This document shows positions 13,059-25,840 of a stretch of DNA of 64,000 bases, in pieces. The stretch lies in assembly GCA_964016885.1 (NCBI GenBank), contig OZ024740.1, positions 121,582,001-121,646,000 of the forward strand, read 5' to 3'. The translations under genes were made by a program, and so were the position numbers. The notes beneath the pieces were generated by a model that worked only from the letters and a program-made list of their open reading frames with translations, ran no database searches and was not told the origin of the DNA. The DNA comes from Eledone cirrhosa. Taxonomy: Eukaryota. Numbering within the stretch: the first letter of the stretch is position 1; the number at the start of each line of letters is the position of its first letter.

Positions 13059-16000
13059 ATGGCCAATATAAGAGTTGGGTGTGTGAATGTACGCGGCCTG
13101 GGGATGCTCTGGAAACAGGGCAAACTCTTAAATGATCTCAGATCGAACAGTAGAGATGTAGTAGCCATTTGCCGGTCCAGGATCCACAGCGAGCGACAAC
13201 TGGCCCGCATCTTCGACGACTTTGAGATCTACGCATCTCTCTGTCAGCGGAGAGGTGGGGATGGGGTAGCCGTTTTGCTGCGGAAACACATGGATTTCGT
13301 AACACAGACGGTACATATGGACGCGGAGGGTCGACTGGTGGTCATAGACGTTGACGGTAGTGAAGGTGAAGCCTTCAGGCTGGTGATCGCATACGCCCCA
13401 TCTTTGAAACCGCGGCCAGACTTCTTCAAACTTCTAGAAACTTTTCTGGGAACGTCCCGCTCCCTGCTGTTAGTGGAGGACTGGAATGGAACCCTAGATG
13501 CACGTTGGGACTATGTGGGAGCATGTCCCGATAGAGGGGGGGGGGGGGTGTAACAACCTCAAGGGGTTAATCGGCCGATTTGACCTGGCCGATAGATATC
13601 GACTAGATTTTCCGACTGTGCCACTGTGGGTGTTGACTAATCGCAGCGGAACATCTAGATCGTACCTAGATAGGGTTCTAGTTAGAAAGAAGGATAGGGA
13701 CATGTTAAGCTGTCCACAAATGTTCATGGTTGCCTATTCAGATCACAAATTAGTGACCTGCTTAATCAACCTTGAGAAAACCCATAGACAGGTACCCGGC
13801 TACTGGAAGCTGAACTTGTCGTTACCGATATGCAAAGCCTACAGTAGACGGATTAGCACTTTAGTTAAGCAGCACTTTACGTGGGCCATTGTTAACAACA
13901 GATGGTGGTACTCTCTCAAGAGGGCAATTAGATTAAACTCGATAGGTTTTAGTAAATAATTAGTGTTAGATAGAAATAAGACCGAAAAGGAACTGGTAGA
14001 TAAAGTAGAAGAGGCACTTAGGAGTGGCAACGTAGCCAGCGTGCTAGCGACAAGAAAGACCTTGGAGCAGTTCTTCGACGCAAAGCATGAAGGATGCGTT
14101 GTCAGACGCAAAATACGTGCTCTGGGAAACGAGGGAGCCAAAGTTGTTAGCTGGGCCCGATGACGGAGGCGAAAAGTGGCAACAAGTCCACGATGCACCA
14201 AGACGGACGCGTGATACGTGACCCGAAGAAAATGTGCGTGGCCTTTCAGCGGCACTTTGCTCAATTGTTCGGACAGGGCGGCGCGCCGGGAGGGGCTATA
14301 GATTTCGGTCCATACCTCGACGGCTTATCGCGACTCTCGGACAGCGAGGCGAAGTTCTGTAAAAGGACGATTTCGGCCGCTGAGATAGGGGACGCGTTGA
14401 GCCAATGCGGCAAACGCAAATCTCCAGGTCTCGACGGTCTACCCTCCGAATGTTACGTAGCAATGCCGGACTTGTTCTCCGGTCTCCTGGAAGAGGTCTA
14501 CTGCAACTGGCAGCAGAACGGGAGAATTCCCATTTCTGTGACCAAGAATGCGTAATCACGTTAGTCAGGAAGGACGAGAATAAGGGGGATGACATAGGCA
14601 ACTTCCGGCCCATATCTCTGTTCAACAGAGTTACAGATGTTGGTCAGGGTGTTGGCAAAGAGGCTGGCGCTTGTCGTCGAAAACTGGTGAGAGAAGGGCA
14701 GACATGCGCAATCCCGACCAGGTCCATACACGACAACTTCCACCTCATGCGATATATCATAGAGAGTGTAGGGTGTAAACCCTGCTTCGGTGAGGCTCTG
14801 ATCAACTATATCAGTCTAAGACTTCGATAGGATTGATCATCATTACCTGGATGCGGTGCTCGAGGCGGCAGGCTTCAGACCCGTGTTCAGGAGCTGGATT
14901 GCTGCAATGCACAGCAGCAACATCTGCTCAAGGGTCAAGGTGAACGGCTACCTCTCGGAGCCGTTCCATATCACGCGATCCATCCGACAGGGATACCCTC
15001 TCTCCTCCCTTCTGTACGTACTGACTCTCGAGCCACTACAGCGGAAGTTGGAGCTATTGCAGGGCATCCCTTTGAAACCGGGACTGCGAAAAGCGGCGTC
15101 GGCCAACGCCGACGACGTGACAGTAATGGTATCGAGCACCTCGCAAATCGGGGAGGTCGGCACCTTACTGGAGGAATACGAATGATTCACAGCAGCGAAG
15201 CTGAACCGGGGCAAATCCGCTGGTTTGCAACTCGGAACGTGGAAAGGCAAACCGATGCCTTCCGATGGCGTCGTCGGACGCTGGACGGAAGGACCAGTAA
15301 AGCTGCTCCGGGTCTGGTTTGGTCCGGACCTCCAGGTGGAGAAGAACTGGAACGAGGTGACGCCCAAGGTGTTTGCGCTCACCCAGAAGTGGGCCGAGTG
15401 CAAATTATCCTTGAAAGGTGTAGCGGAGGTGGCGTACACTTTTATAGCGTCCGTCATCTCAATACCGCTTGACCGTCGTGCTTTGTCCAGCCAAAACGCT
15501 CACCAAAATGGAGCGCGCGCTCTTCCAATCCTTTGGAAGAAACGGGCTCCTTTGGTGAGAAGAATCATCTGCTACCAACACCCTTCAAACGGAGGGCTGG
15601 GTATGCCGTGGCTAACGATGCGCAAACACGCGCTCAGGCTGCGGCACCTCCACGTATTCCTCAACAGACAACCGATGTGGGCCTCGTTCGTGAAGAGAGC
15701 CTTCCAACGACTAGTCTCGCTGACCGAGCTGCAGTCCTGTGTCAAGCAAATACCGAGGAAACTGGGCGACTGGCACATCGAATGTACTCAGGCGCTCACA
15801 GTCCTCTGGCAAACGGACCCGGCGATCAGTGGAGACTCCACTTCGACATTCTATAGAGGGTTGGTCCGCAGCAAGTGCGACGACATGCTAGGAGAAACTC
15901 TAGGCGTAGAGGAGGACGAACTGGTCAGTCTGTTCGGTAGCACCTTCCGCCCGAGACCAATGGACAACTTCCAAATGTCTCTGGCTTGGCAGTGCTACCG

Positions 16001-16492
16001 AGGAGCTCTACCAGTTCGAGACAAGCTCTACAAACACGGGCGCCCGGGTAGCGACCCTTCGAAAAAGATCTGTCCGAGATGCGTGCGCGACGAGGAAACC
16101 GTCGCGCACACATTTGTACACTGCCTGGGCGTTACCGACCTGTGGGTCTATGTAGGACGGCTATTGTCGCGGGTGGGACCAATCCAGTTACCCACTGAGT
16201 GAATTGTCATTATCAAACCGCCATCCTCCTTCAAAAACGAGGGAGAGGCGGTTTTCCTATGTGTTATGGCTATGGTGAAAGAGGTTATATGGTGGACGAG
16301 GTTGAAAGGGCTGAGATCAGATACCTTTCTCTCCGGCGATCAACTGATTCGTTTTTTCAAATATCATTTTGGAAGAAGAATCAGGGTGGAGTGGAGAGAG
16401 AGGTGCTGTACCCCAGCAAATTTTATAAAAGGTGGGTTAATGTGGCAAATATGGCCCGAGTGGTTGTGCCTTCTCTCTATATAAGCCTGTAG
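13059..16492 (+). pseudogene. Tx1 ORF2 (APE-RT-zinc finger)
   Basis: Motifs CVNVRGL, EDWN, YLDRVLV, SDHKLV, KSPGLDGLP, RQGYPLS, NADD, NGGLGMP and CPRC..ETVAHTFVHC. Confidence 0.92.
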
Positions 16493-16987
16493 GTTGAGGA
16501 AAAAGAGGAAGAGAGGAAGGGAGTACTCACTCTTGGTGCTCCTGGAGATGAGGGTTGTACATTTTTTCGGGGTGTGTACAACCCCTGTTTAACGCCTCCC
16601 CCCTATTAGGGATATCAATTGTTATTTGTTATTTTATTAATATTTTTATTTTCATATACCTGTATGTAAACTCCCCATTTGTACTTTTCCCCTTCTTTTG
16701 TGCCCTTGTGACTAATAAAGAAATTTATCTATCTATCTATCTATCTATCTGATCACATTATCTAAATATCTCTGGAATGGACACATGTGTTAAACTAGCT
16801 CGGTAAGTTCTGTTTAAATTTCTTTAGAAATTCGTCATTGGGAACTTTTATTGTTATACCAATTTGTAGAGGGACTGACAGGTCAAATTTTGCTCTGGTT
16901 AGTCTCCCAATATATCGTGCCTCTCAGGGCAAAAACATCCAAAATATTTTCGAAAAATCTTTTGCAAAGAACTTCAAATTTAAAAAA

Positions 16988-18857
16988 ATGGCTGAAACAA
17001 AGCACCTACTTCTTTGTCAATACAAGAAGATGGGAAGGGGAAAGCCATGCCTACTTGACCAGCAGGTAGTTGCAGACATTGACAAAGGAATGCCAACATT
17101 ATCGCCTGAACATTTAGTAGAGGAACAAGCTTCAGCTGCTTGTAAGCAACTGAACACGCCTGACGTCACAAAGGTCACATGTATCCACACACAGAAGGAA
17201 CTATATGTATCAAACATTAATACCACCACGCCCAACAACAACACAATAAATGAGAACAACAACACAACAAAAGGAATCAGTGGCAACACAACGAATGAGA
17301 CCATCATCACCAACAACAACAACAATAACAACATTTCATTTGCAGCAAGAGTTGCTAAGCAACAGGATTTTAAATACTATTCCATGGACATTTCCCAAAA
17401 GTCCCAATATTTGGAAGAAGCTTCCAACTATGTGACGTTTGAGGGAGTCACACCACACATACACATACCCCCACAAGTAAGAGAAATGACACAGAAAAAG
17501 AAGCTAATTTATAGAACAGTTGACATCACTACCAAAAAACCCATAACGCTCCCAACAAGCACTATCGAAGCTGCACTAAAAGACATCAAGCCAGACGTGG
17601 CATACCTCCAAAGAGTTAAACAGTATGGAAGTGTGTCAGTGCTCTTTAAGAGCGAAACTTTGGCACAAAAACACTCTGTTCACCCAATAAAAACGGATCA
17701 ATACATCTTCCCCACATACATGGGAAGAAGATCCTACAAAATAAAAATAACCAGCATCCCAGCAGAGGTCAACATATGGTGGATCCTACGCTGCATCCTG
17801 AAGAAGCATGAGGACACCTTCCTATCTGTAGACAGGACAGACCGGCATAACTGGTTTGGAACCTGCATCGAGGTTCTGGTACAAATGAGGCCAGAGAGAG
17901 TTGATAAAATAGCAGTCAGGATCGTCCTTGAGGAAGATATCATCTCCATTTTAGTGGAGGGGAAAATACCTCAGTGCCATAAGTGTGGGAAAACCACACA
18001 CTTAAAGGCCTTTTGTCCTCTCTTAAACAAACCGAGGACAAAAAAGGTGTTATTACCAACACCAAAACCCCAACATCAACACTCCAAACCAAACACAACA
18101 CAAACACCTGCAACATCCACTCCCACAGACCAGAGAAAACCACACACACAAAATCCCACTGAAAAACCCTTCATTGCCTCTTCCCCTCCCTGTCAAATAC
18201 TTCCACAAACACCTGCACAAACACTCCACCACACAATATACCCTTCCCATCTACCCCTGATTCAGAAGTCTTAGATACGGGAACGTCTACATCTCCAAGT
18301 GAGAATGAAGAGGAACCCCAAAAATCCAAAAAACAAAAAAAACACACAAAAAACACACAAAAACATCTACAGAAAACACGCACACGCCCAACCCCACTAT
18401 AAACACACCGCCACAAACGACAAACACACCAACAACACAATCACCACCAACACAACCAAACACTTCACCAACAAAACAAACACCCACACCACCACAATCA
18501 CAAACCCCAACCACAAAAAGAAAACTACAAACAGAAACAGTACTAATAAAAAACAAAACACACTACACATACATAAAAAAAAAGAAACAAAGAACTGGTG
18601 GAAACTGTCCGAAAGGATCCCACAATACAAACAGAAGGGAAAACTTTCCCCACCAACGACCCACCCCCAAACCTCAAACTTATCAGGGTAGCAACTCTAC
18701 AGTATGAAACTTTAAAAGAGAACTTCCCACATGATGTGGGCCAATTTTCCAAAAGCCCCTTAACCGTGTCCTGCTAAAAGGATTCCCTCCCTCCCCAAAC
18801 ACCACCAATCTGGACATGGAGATCGAACAACCCGACCTTCAGGAAACAAAAAGTTAA
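16988..18857 (+). pseudogene. Tx1 ORF1 (gag-like, CCHC knuckle)
   Basis: Long ORF 16838-18274 contains SFAARVA and CHKCGKTTHLKAFC. The C-terminal part is frameshifted. Confidence 0.85.
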
Positions 18858-18897
18858 ATGTTCCTGCTTTGTCTCTCCTTAACTCTTCTTCACCAAC

Positions 18898-21800
18898 ATG
18901 GCGACTATATAAGCTGGATGTTTGAATGTACGTGGCCTGGGCATGTCCTGGAAACAGGGCCAGCTTTTAAATGATCTCAGGTCACATTGTATAGATGTGA
19001 TAGCCATCACCGAGTCCAGAATTCACGACAAGCAGCAGCTAACTCCCATGTTCGATCATTTTGACATCTACGCATCCCTCTGTCAGCAAGGTGGTGGAGG
19101 GGGACTTGCTGTTCTGTTTCGAAAAAACTTGGATCTCAAAATACAGACGATTCACTTGGACCCGGAGGGCAGCCTGGTGGTCCTGGATGTAAATGGTAGT
19201 GAAGGTGGATTTCAGACTGGTGGCCGTATATGCCCCGACTGGGACATCGCGACCAGAGATCTTCAAGCGTCTGGAGCCATTCCTGGGAACGTCTCGCTCC
19301 TTAGTGTTAGCGGAGGACTGGAATGGCATCTTAGACGCACCATTGGGACTATGTAGGAGTTGTGATAATGGAGGGTGGTGTAATAGCCTCAACATTCTCA
19401 TTAGCCAATTCCAACTGGCTGATAGATATCGACTAGTCTTCCCAAATGCACCACTGTGGTCGTGGAGAAACCGCACTGGGTCTTTTAGATCGTATTTTAA
19501 AAGATTTTTAATTAGACAGAATGATACAGAAACATTAAGCTGTCCACAAATGCAAATAGTTGCCCATTCAGACCACAAATTAGTCACCTGCCTAGTCAAC
19601 CTTGGTAGAACACACAGACAGGGACCCGGATACTGGAAGCTAAACTTGTAGCTCCCGGCGCGTAAAGGCCTACATTTTAAGGATTAGCCCCTTAGTTAAG
19701 TGCCTGTTGACGGGGGCGATCCTCAACAAGAGGTGGTGGAGCTTTCTCAAGAGAGCAATTAGAATATAATCAATAGCATTTAGCAAGGAAGTAGCTTTGG
19801 AAAAAAAAAACTGAAAAGGAACTGGTAGCTAAAATAGAAGAGGCACTTAGGAATGACTGTACAGCTGACGTGCTAGCGGCTAGAACGGCACTAGACCAGT
19901 TCTTCAACGTGAAACACGAAGGTTGTGTTGTCAGAAGTAGAAGACGTGCTCTAAGAAACGAGGGTGCTAAAGCTGTTACGTGGGCCCAAGTGGCAGAAGC
20001 GAAAGGTGGCAACAAATCCACAATTCGGTCTTTGCAAGACAAATATGGACGCATTATACTTGAATCCAAGCAGTTGTGCACGGCCTTCCAGCAGCATTTT
20101 GCACAACTGTTTGGGGAAAGAGGTAAATCGAGCGAGGTGATGGACTTCCGCTCCTACCTCGACGGCGTACCGCGACTCTCGAGCACGGATGCAGAGAACT
20201 GCGAAAGGCCGATCATAGCGGGTGAATAAGAAGATGCGGGAAACGCAAATCACCCGGTTTAGATGGTCTACTCTATGAGTTTTACATAGGCATGCCAGAG
20301 TTGTTCTCTGGCGTCCTCGAAGCGGTCTACTGCAACTGGCAGCAGAACGGGAGTATTCCCACTCCTGTAGGCAGTGGCGTAGTAACGCTGATCAGGAAAG
20401 ATGAGAACAAGGGGGATGAGATAAGCAATTTCAGGCCTTTAACTCTGCTCAACACAGAGTTAAAGATTTTGGCCAAGGTGTTAGCAGCAGCGCTGGCCCT
20501 TGTCGTCGAGAACCTGGTAGGGGAATTTCAAACGTGTGCAATCGCGACCAGGCCCATACACGACAACCTCCACCTCATGCGATACATCATAGAGAGGTTA
20601 GGGTGTAAACCTGGCTTTGGGGAATCTCTGATTAATTTAGATCAGTCTAAGGCATTTGATAGGGTCGACCATGAATAATTGGAAGCAGTTCTCAAGGCGG
20701 CCGGCTTCGGTCCCGTCTTCAGAGGCTGGTTCGCTGCCATGCACACCAGCATCTGCTCGGCAGTCAAGGTGAATGCCTACCTATCAGAACCATTCTAAAT
20801 CATGCGTTTCATCCGTCAAGGATGCTCTTTCTCCTCCATTCTGTATGTACTGACTCTCGAGCCCTTACTGCGGTAATTGGAGCTGCTGCAGGGCATCCAG
20901 ATTGAATCAGGACTGCGGAGAGCAGCGTCAGCCTATGCCGACGACATAACCGTAATGGTGTCGAAAACCTCGGAAATCAGGGTAATCGGCAACCTATTAC
21001 AAGAATACGAAACTTTTACAGGAGCAAGAATAAACCCAAACAAGTCTGTCGGTCTGCAACTCGGCACATGGAGAGGCAAACCCTTGCCTTCCGACAGTGA
21101 CGTTGGACGCTGGACGGAAGGACCGGTGAAATTGCTCGGAGTCTGGTTCGGTCCAGACCTCCAGGTGGAGCAGAACTGGAACGAGGTTACGGAGAAGGTG
21201 TTTGCACTTACCCAGAAGTGGGCTGATTGCAAACACTCCTTGAAAGGTCGAGCGGAGGTGGCGAACACTTACATAGCGTCCGTCATCTACTACCGCTTGA
21301 CAGTCATGCCTTGCCCCTGCGAATACCTTACCAAAATGGATCGCCTACTCTTCAAGTTCCTCTGGAAGAAACAGGCTCCATTGATGAGGAGATCCATCTG
21401 CTGTCAACACCCTTCTAACGGATGGCTGGGCATGCCGTGGCTGATGATGCGCAAACATGCACTGAGGCTACGCCATCTCTAGGTATTCCTGACCGGTGAA
21501 CCGGTGTGGCTGTCGTTTGTGATACAAGCTCTTCCACAATTAGTCTTACTAACAGAGCTGCAGTCCTGTGTCTAGCGAAGACAGAAAATGGGTGCCTGGC
21601 ACCTCGAGTCCCTACAGGCGCTCACAGCCCTCTACCAAGCGTAAACGGCAATCAGCAGAGACTCTACTTCGACATTCTATAGGGGATTAGTGGAGGATAA
21701 GCGCGACAACGTTCTCGGGGAAACTCTAGGCATCGAGGTGGGCGAACTGAACAGTCTGTTCGGGAGGACTCTCCGTCCAGGGCCTATGGATAACTTCCGG

Positions 21801-22316
21801 AGGTCTCTGGCCTGGCAGTGCTACCGAGGAACTCTACCAGTTCGAGATGAAATCTACAGGCACGGACGCCCTGGCAGTGATCCTGCCAAAAAGACCTGTC
21901 CAAGATGCGAGCAAGACATCGAAACCGTTCTGCACACAATTGTTCAGTGCCCAGGGGTGACCGACTTGTGGAATTATGTCGAAGAGCTGCTGTCACATTT
22001 GGGACGCATCCAGTTGTCAGCCGAGTCCATCGTGAGGATCACCACGCCGCCTTCATCTACAAACGAAGCAGAGGCTGTTTTCCTCTGTCTGGTGGCTATG
22101 GCGAAAGAGGTAATATGGTGGACGAGGTTAAAAGGACTGAAGGCAAACCCCTTTCTCTCCGGACAACAACTTATCCCCTTCTTTAAGTATTACTTCAGAA
22201 GGAAGGTGAGAGTGGAGAGACAGGTGCTACACCCCAGTAAATTCGCTGAAATGTGGGTGAATGTGGCCAGTATGGCCCGGATGAATATAAATAATACTCT
22301 GTATATAAACCTGTAG
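18898..22316 (+). pseudogene. Tx1 ORF2 (APE-RT-zinc finger)
   Basis: Motifs LNVRGL, SDHKLV, NFRPLTLLNTELKILAK, LDQSKAFDRV, YADD and CPRC..ETVLHTIVQC. Contains stops and frameshifts. Confidence 0.92.
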
Positions 22317-22980
22317 TTTGAGGGAGATAAACAGAGGGAAGACTGGAACACCTACAAAACGTGTTCCTGGTGTTGAGGGTCGTTCTATCCACGGGGGTGT
22401 TTAAACAACCCTGCAGTAACTTTCCCTCCTATTGGGGATTTCAATTGTTATTTTATTATATATAGTTTATTGTTATTTATTAATGTTAAAGTTATTTTTA
22501 TGTAAAACCCCCGCCGTCACGTCTTGTAATGTCCCATTTGTGTACGCCCCTGTGGCATATAAAGAAAGATATCTATCTGATTACCTATCTGTCTGTCTTT
22601 ATAAACGAACTGATCAAGTAATAATATTAGTCAAAATTACTTCATGTGTATGAGATATTTCGGATTGAAAAGAGGAAAGTGTATGGCTATACGATCTTTA
22701 AGCATTCTATTGCACAACGTGAAGTATTTACGTAAGCTTATTACAGTTAAATTCGATATTAGTCTTTATCTACGTAAATGTCTTCACGAGTTATGCGTAA
22801 AATCCATAAATGTTTTTGCATGTACAAATACGAGTAAGCTTATTCAATATAAACTTCCAAAAAAATCTAATTCCGTATAGAAGCAGTGCAAAATTAAGTT
22901 TTACATTAACGTATGATAATTTATATATCGTTCTCTCTCTCTCTCATACTCTCTCTCTCACTATATATATATATATATAT

Positions 22981-23869
22981 AAATACAATATCGGAGAAAG
23001 CTTTTTAGCGATACTCCGGCCAAATTCCAACTCACTCAACAAACATTAGGAAATAAGTGATTTTATTCCCAATTATGTGTTCGGGGTGCTAACTAAAAGT
23101 ATTGCGTGTAAAATTGGCTGTATTATTTCAAATGAGACATATCTAATATATCTCTTCCCAGACGGACGTCTCGTTTCATTATAGGATTCCTACAATTTGG
23201 GTGAAATTATACCAATTTATGTAGGAGCTTGTATACCATCAATAGATATATATTCAAGTGGCCTCCTATAATTCATCAGTGGGTGCCCCAATAATACTAA
23301 TATTGATAATCTAACCGACATCAGCATTTAGCGATAATCACTTTCTGTGCCTGAGGTATCTGTCAGGTTGCCAGTCCAGCAGTTCTAAAGAAGTGCTCGA
23401 ACTGATTCCAAAAATGAGGAAGTGAATTACCGCCAAAAAAAACAATACATGCGCGTGACAATGAACTCTGAAAGGAATTTAGGTCACGTGCTAAGAACTC
23501 AATTGGAAATTGAAAAAATATCTATGTGTGTACAACATTTGATGACACACACAGATATTTTCTCGGGCAAAATAACAGAATGTGATATAAGGAACAATCA
23601 ATATTCATATATAAAAAATAAACAAAGAAATGCTAACCTTATTCCGGGAATTTTTTTCAAATGTGCTGCGCCAAGAGTAAATAAATAAATACAATATCGG
23701 AGAAAGCTTTTTAGCGATACTCCGGCCAAATTCCAACTCACTCAACAAACATTAGGGAATAAGTGATTATATTCCCAATTATGTGTTCGGGGTGCTAACT
23801 AAAAGTATTGCGTGGAAAATTGGCTGTATTATTTCAAATGAGACATATCTAATATATCTCTTCCCAGAC
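22981..23869 (-). mobile_element. Non-coding hammerhead-bearing element (retrozyme/PLE-pLTR type), 706-bp monomer plus 183-bp terminal redundancy
   Basis: Direct repeat 22981-23163 = 23687-23869, an internal HHR, and (TA)n at the left boundary. Confidence 0.75.
23157..23283 (-). ncRNA. Type I hammerhead ribozyme with large stem II insertion
   Basis: Reverse complement reads ccca-CTGATGA-attatagga..(~80 nt)..tcctataat-GAAA-cg agacgtc cg-TC-tggg. Confidence 0.8.
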
Positions 23870-23963
23870 AGTTAAACAAGATTCAATGAGTACATCAAAG
23901 AATAAGTTTTACAGTAGATTGGAAGCACTCTATAGTAAAAATATTTTCCAGAGTTATTAATAT

Positions 23964-24198
23964 TAAAATATAAATATTAATAAAATAGATGCTCTTTTGA
24001 TCAATTAAATTGAATTATACATATTTCAGAGGTACAATAGTACGTCTTCATCAGACACTCTTAACCATTTAACATCTCAGGTTATGTCATGCATCATTAT
24101 ATTTTGTCTGATGAGGACGTACTGTTGTACCTCTGAAATATGTATAATTCAATTTAATTGATCAAAAGAACATCTATTTTATTAATATTCATATTTTA
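23964..24198. repeat. Foldback (arms 23964-24057 / 24105-24198), each arm with a minimal hammerhead
   Basis: CTGATGA-(a/g)ga c gtac tntt gtac c tct-GAAA-tatgta-TA at 24108-24146 (+) and 24016-24054 (-). Stem I is weak. Confidence 0.7.
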
Positions 24199-24244
24199 TA
24201 ATATATATATATATAAATATATATATGTGTGTGTGTGTATATAT

Positions 24245-24728
24245 GTACAGCCACCGGAAATAACATCTGTGAAATAAACAGCTCTATCTATCTGCTTAGC
24301 TAGCTACCTCACCGTGAAACAAACACATCTTAAAGCCACCAAAATAAAACGCCTACGCAGCGGCTAAACATCAAACGATTATTTTTGTATAAATAGAGTG
24401 ATTTCAAACATTTGGCCAGTCGAATTTGGCAGTGTCAACTCGCGTATCGCTGTGCCTCTCCTCTGCCACGCTTGTCACTCACACCCGCCTTGTACCTCTG
24501 TATCGTTGCTTCATGTATGAAAATAAATAGCTGACCGAAACTACATCTCTCGCCTTGCTCGTCCTTTAAAATTGTGCTTTCTTCTGTTCATCCTTACCGT
24601 ATGTAACAACAGTCCTTTTAAGGGCTATCCTCAGATGCGATCAGACTGTAGGCGATAACAGTCCTTTTAAGGGCTATTCTCGGATCCGAACAGAAGTAGT
24701 GAGCAGACAGACTGACCACATCGCTACA
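24245..24728 (+). mobile_element. Probable solo LTR
   Basis: TGT...ACA termini within TA context, TATAAAT at about 24388, AATAAA at about 24522 and an internal short direct repeat at 24607-24690. Confidence 0.45.
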
Positions 24729-24787
24729 TATATATATATGTCAACAGAGAGAGAGAAAGAAGTAAAGAAATACTTAAACACACACAC

Positions 24788-24882
<95 letters not shown>

Positions 24883-24883
<1 letters not shown>

Positions 24884-25778
24884 TAAAATAACAGATTAAG
24901 GTTTAACCAAAGAATCGCTGCTTTCACCCTTAACGTTTATACCATTACTTATTTGTATAGGTAAGTATATGTTACCTGTATGTTTTGTGAAGGTACGTAT
25001 ACTTTCTCGTACGTATATTTGCTTATATATGTTATAGGCGTATATATTATATTATATTATATATAGTGGTACATGTGCATATGGTTATGTGTATACGGGA
25101 GTTTTGCGTCTGTGTGAGTATGCGTGTTCGTACGTATGTAGCGTGTGTGTATATGTTTACTTTGCGTTTTGCTTGACGTACGTTTAGCGAACATATGTGC
25201 ATACACACGTATATATATATATTTTTTTATATATATTTTTATGTGTATTTGATGTATACGTTCGTATGTGTGCGGGTACAGGCGTTGTGTGTGTTCTGTA
25301 TGTGCGTGCGTGTTTTTTTGTGTACGTGCTTGTATTTGCTTACCGATGGCGTGTGTTTTCGCGTATGCATGTGTATGTACGTATATGGATGCGTGCATGT
25401 ATATATTTAATTTTTGTTTATTTCAATTATCTCTGTAATTTATTTACATTATTCTTAACTCTGAAGCCGAGATTCATTCGGTTTTCTAAATAGAATTTTA
25501 GTGTACTACTTCAGTTATACCATTAACGTGGTTTTGTCTTTGCGTGTAATTGTTTTCACTGCTCCGAATAATGACGTATTATTTTCGTTTTTTTCCATTC
25601 TTTGCCAGGGAACGTTTCCACGAACCAAAGTATCGCCTTCCTGTCTTCCTTCGGTCGCAACGTTTTTCGAAATATTTACTTCTGCGTTCAAAGATTGACT
25701 TTTTTTAGTTTCAGAAGATCCGTTAAGGGTGAAAGCAGCGATTCTTTGCTTAAACATTAATCTGTTATTTTAATAAAT
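24883..25778. repeat. Dispersed repeat family forming inverted pairs (other copies 32205-32465, 34578-34665)
   Basis: ttaaaataacagatta..aagaatcgctgctttcacccttaa at 24883 is inverted at about 25720-25775. 25500-25778 is the reverse complement of 32205-32465. Confidence 0.7.
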
Positions 25779-25792
25779 ATTATTATTATTAT

Positions 25793-25835
<43 letters not shown>

Positions 25836-25840
<5 letters not shown>

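Larger units (their letters stand above)
10968..16725 (+). mobile_element. L1/Tx1-clade retrotransposon copy 2, full-length, decayed
   Basis: Has a 5'UTR homologous to copy 3, ORF1, ORF2 and AATAAA, followed by (TATC)n at 16726-16750. Confidence 0.92.
16773..22568 (+). mobile_element. L1/Tx1-clade retrotransposon copy 3, full-length, decayed
   Basis: Starts directly after the (TATC)n of copy 2 and ends in gatatctatctgattacctatct. Confidence 0.92.

Noticed and set aside
16838-16987. N-terminal extension of the 478-aa ORF
   Set aside because: It starts at TTG within the UTR. The aligned ATG in aaaaATGGCT at 16988 matches copy 2.
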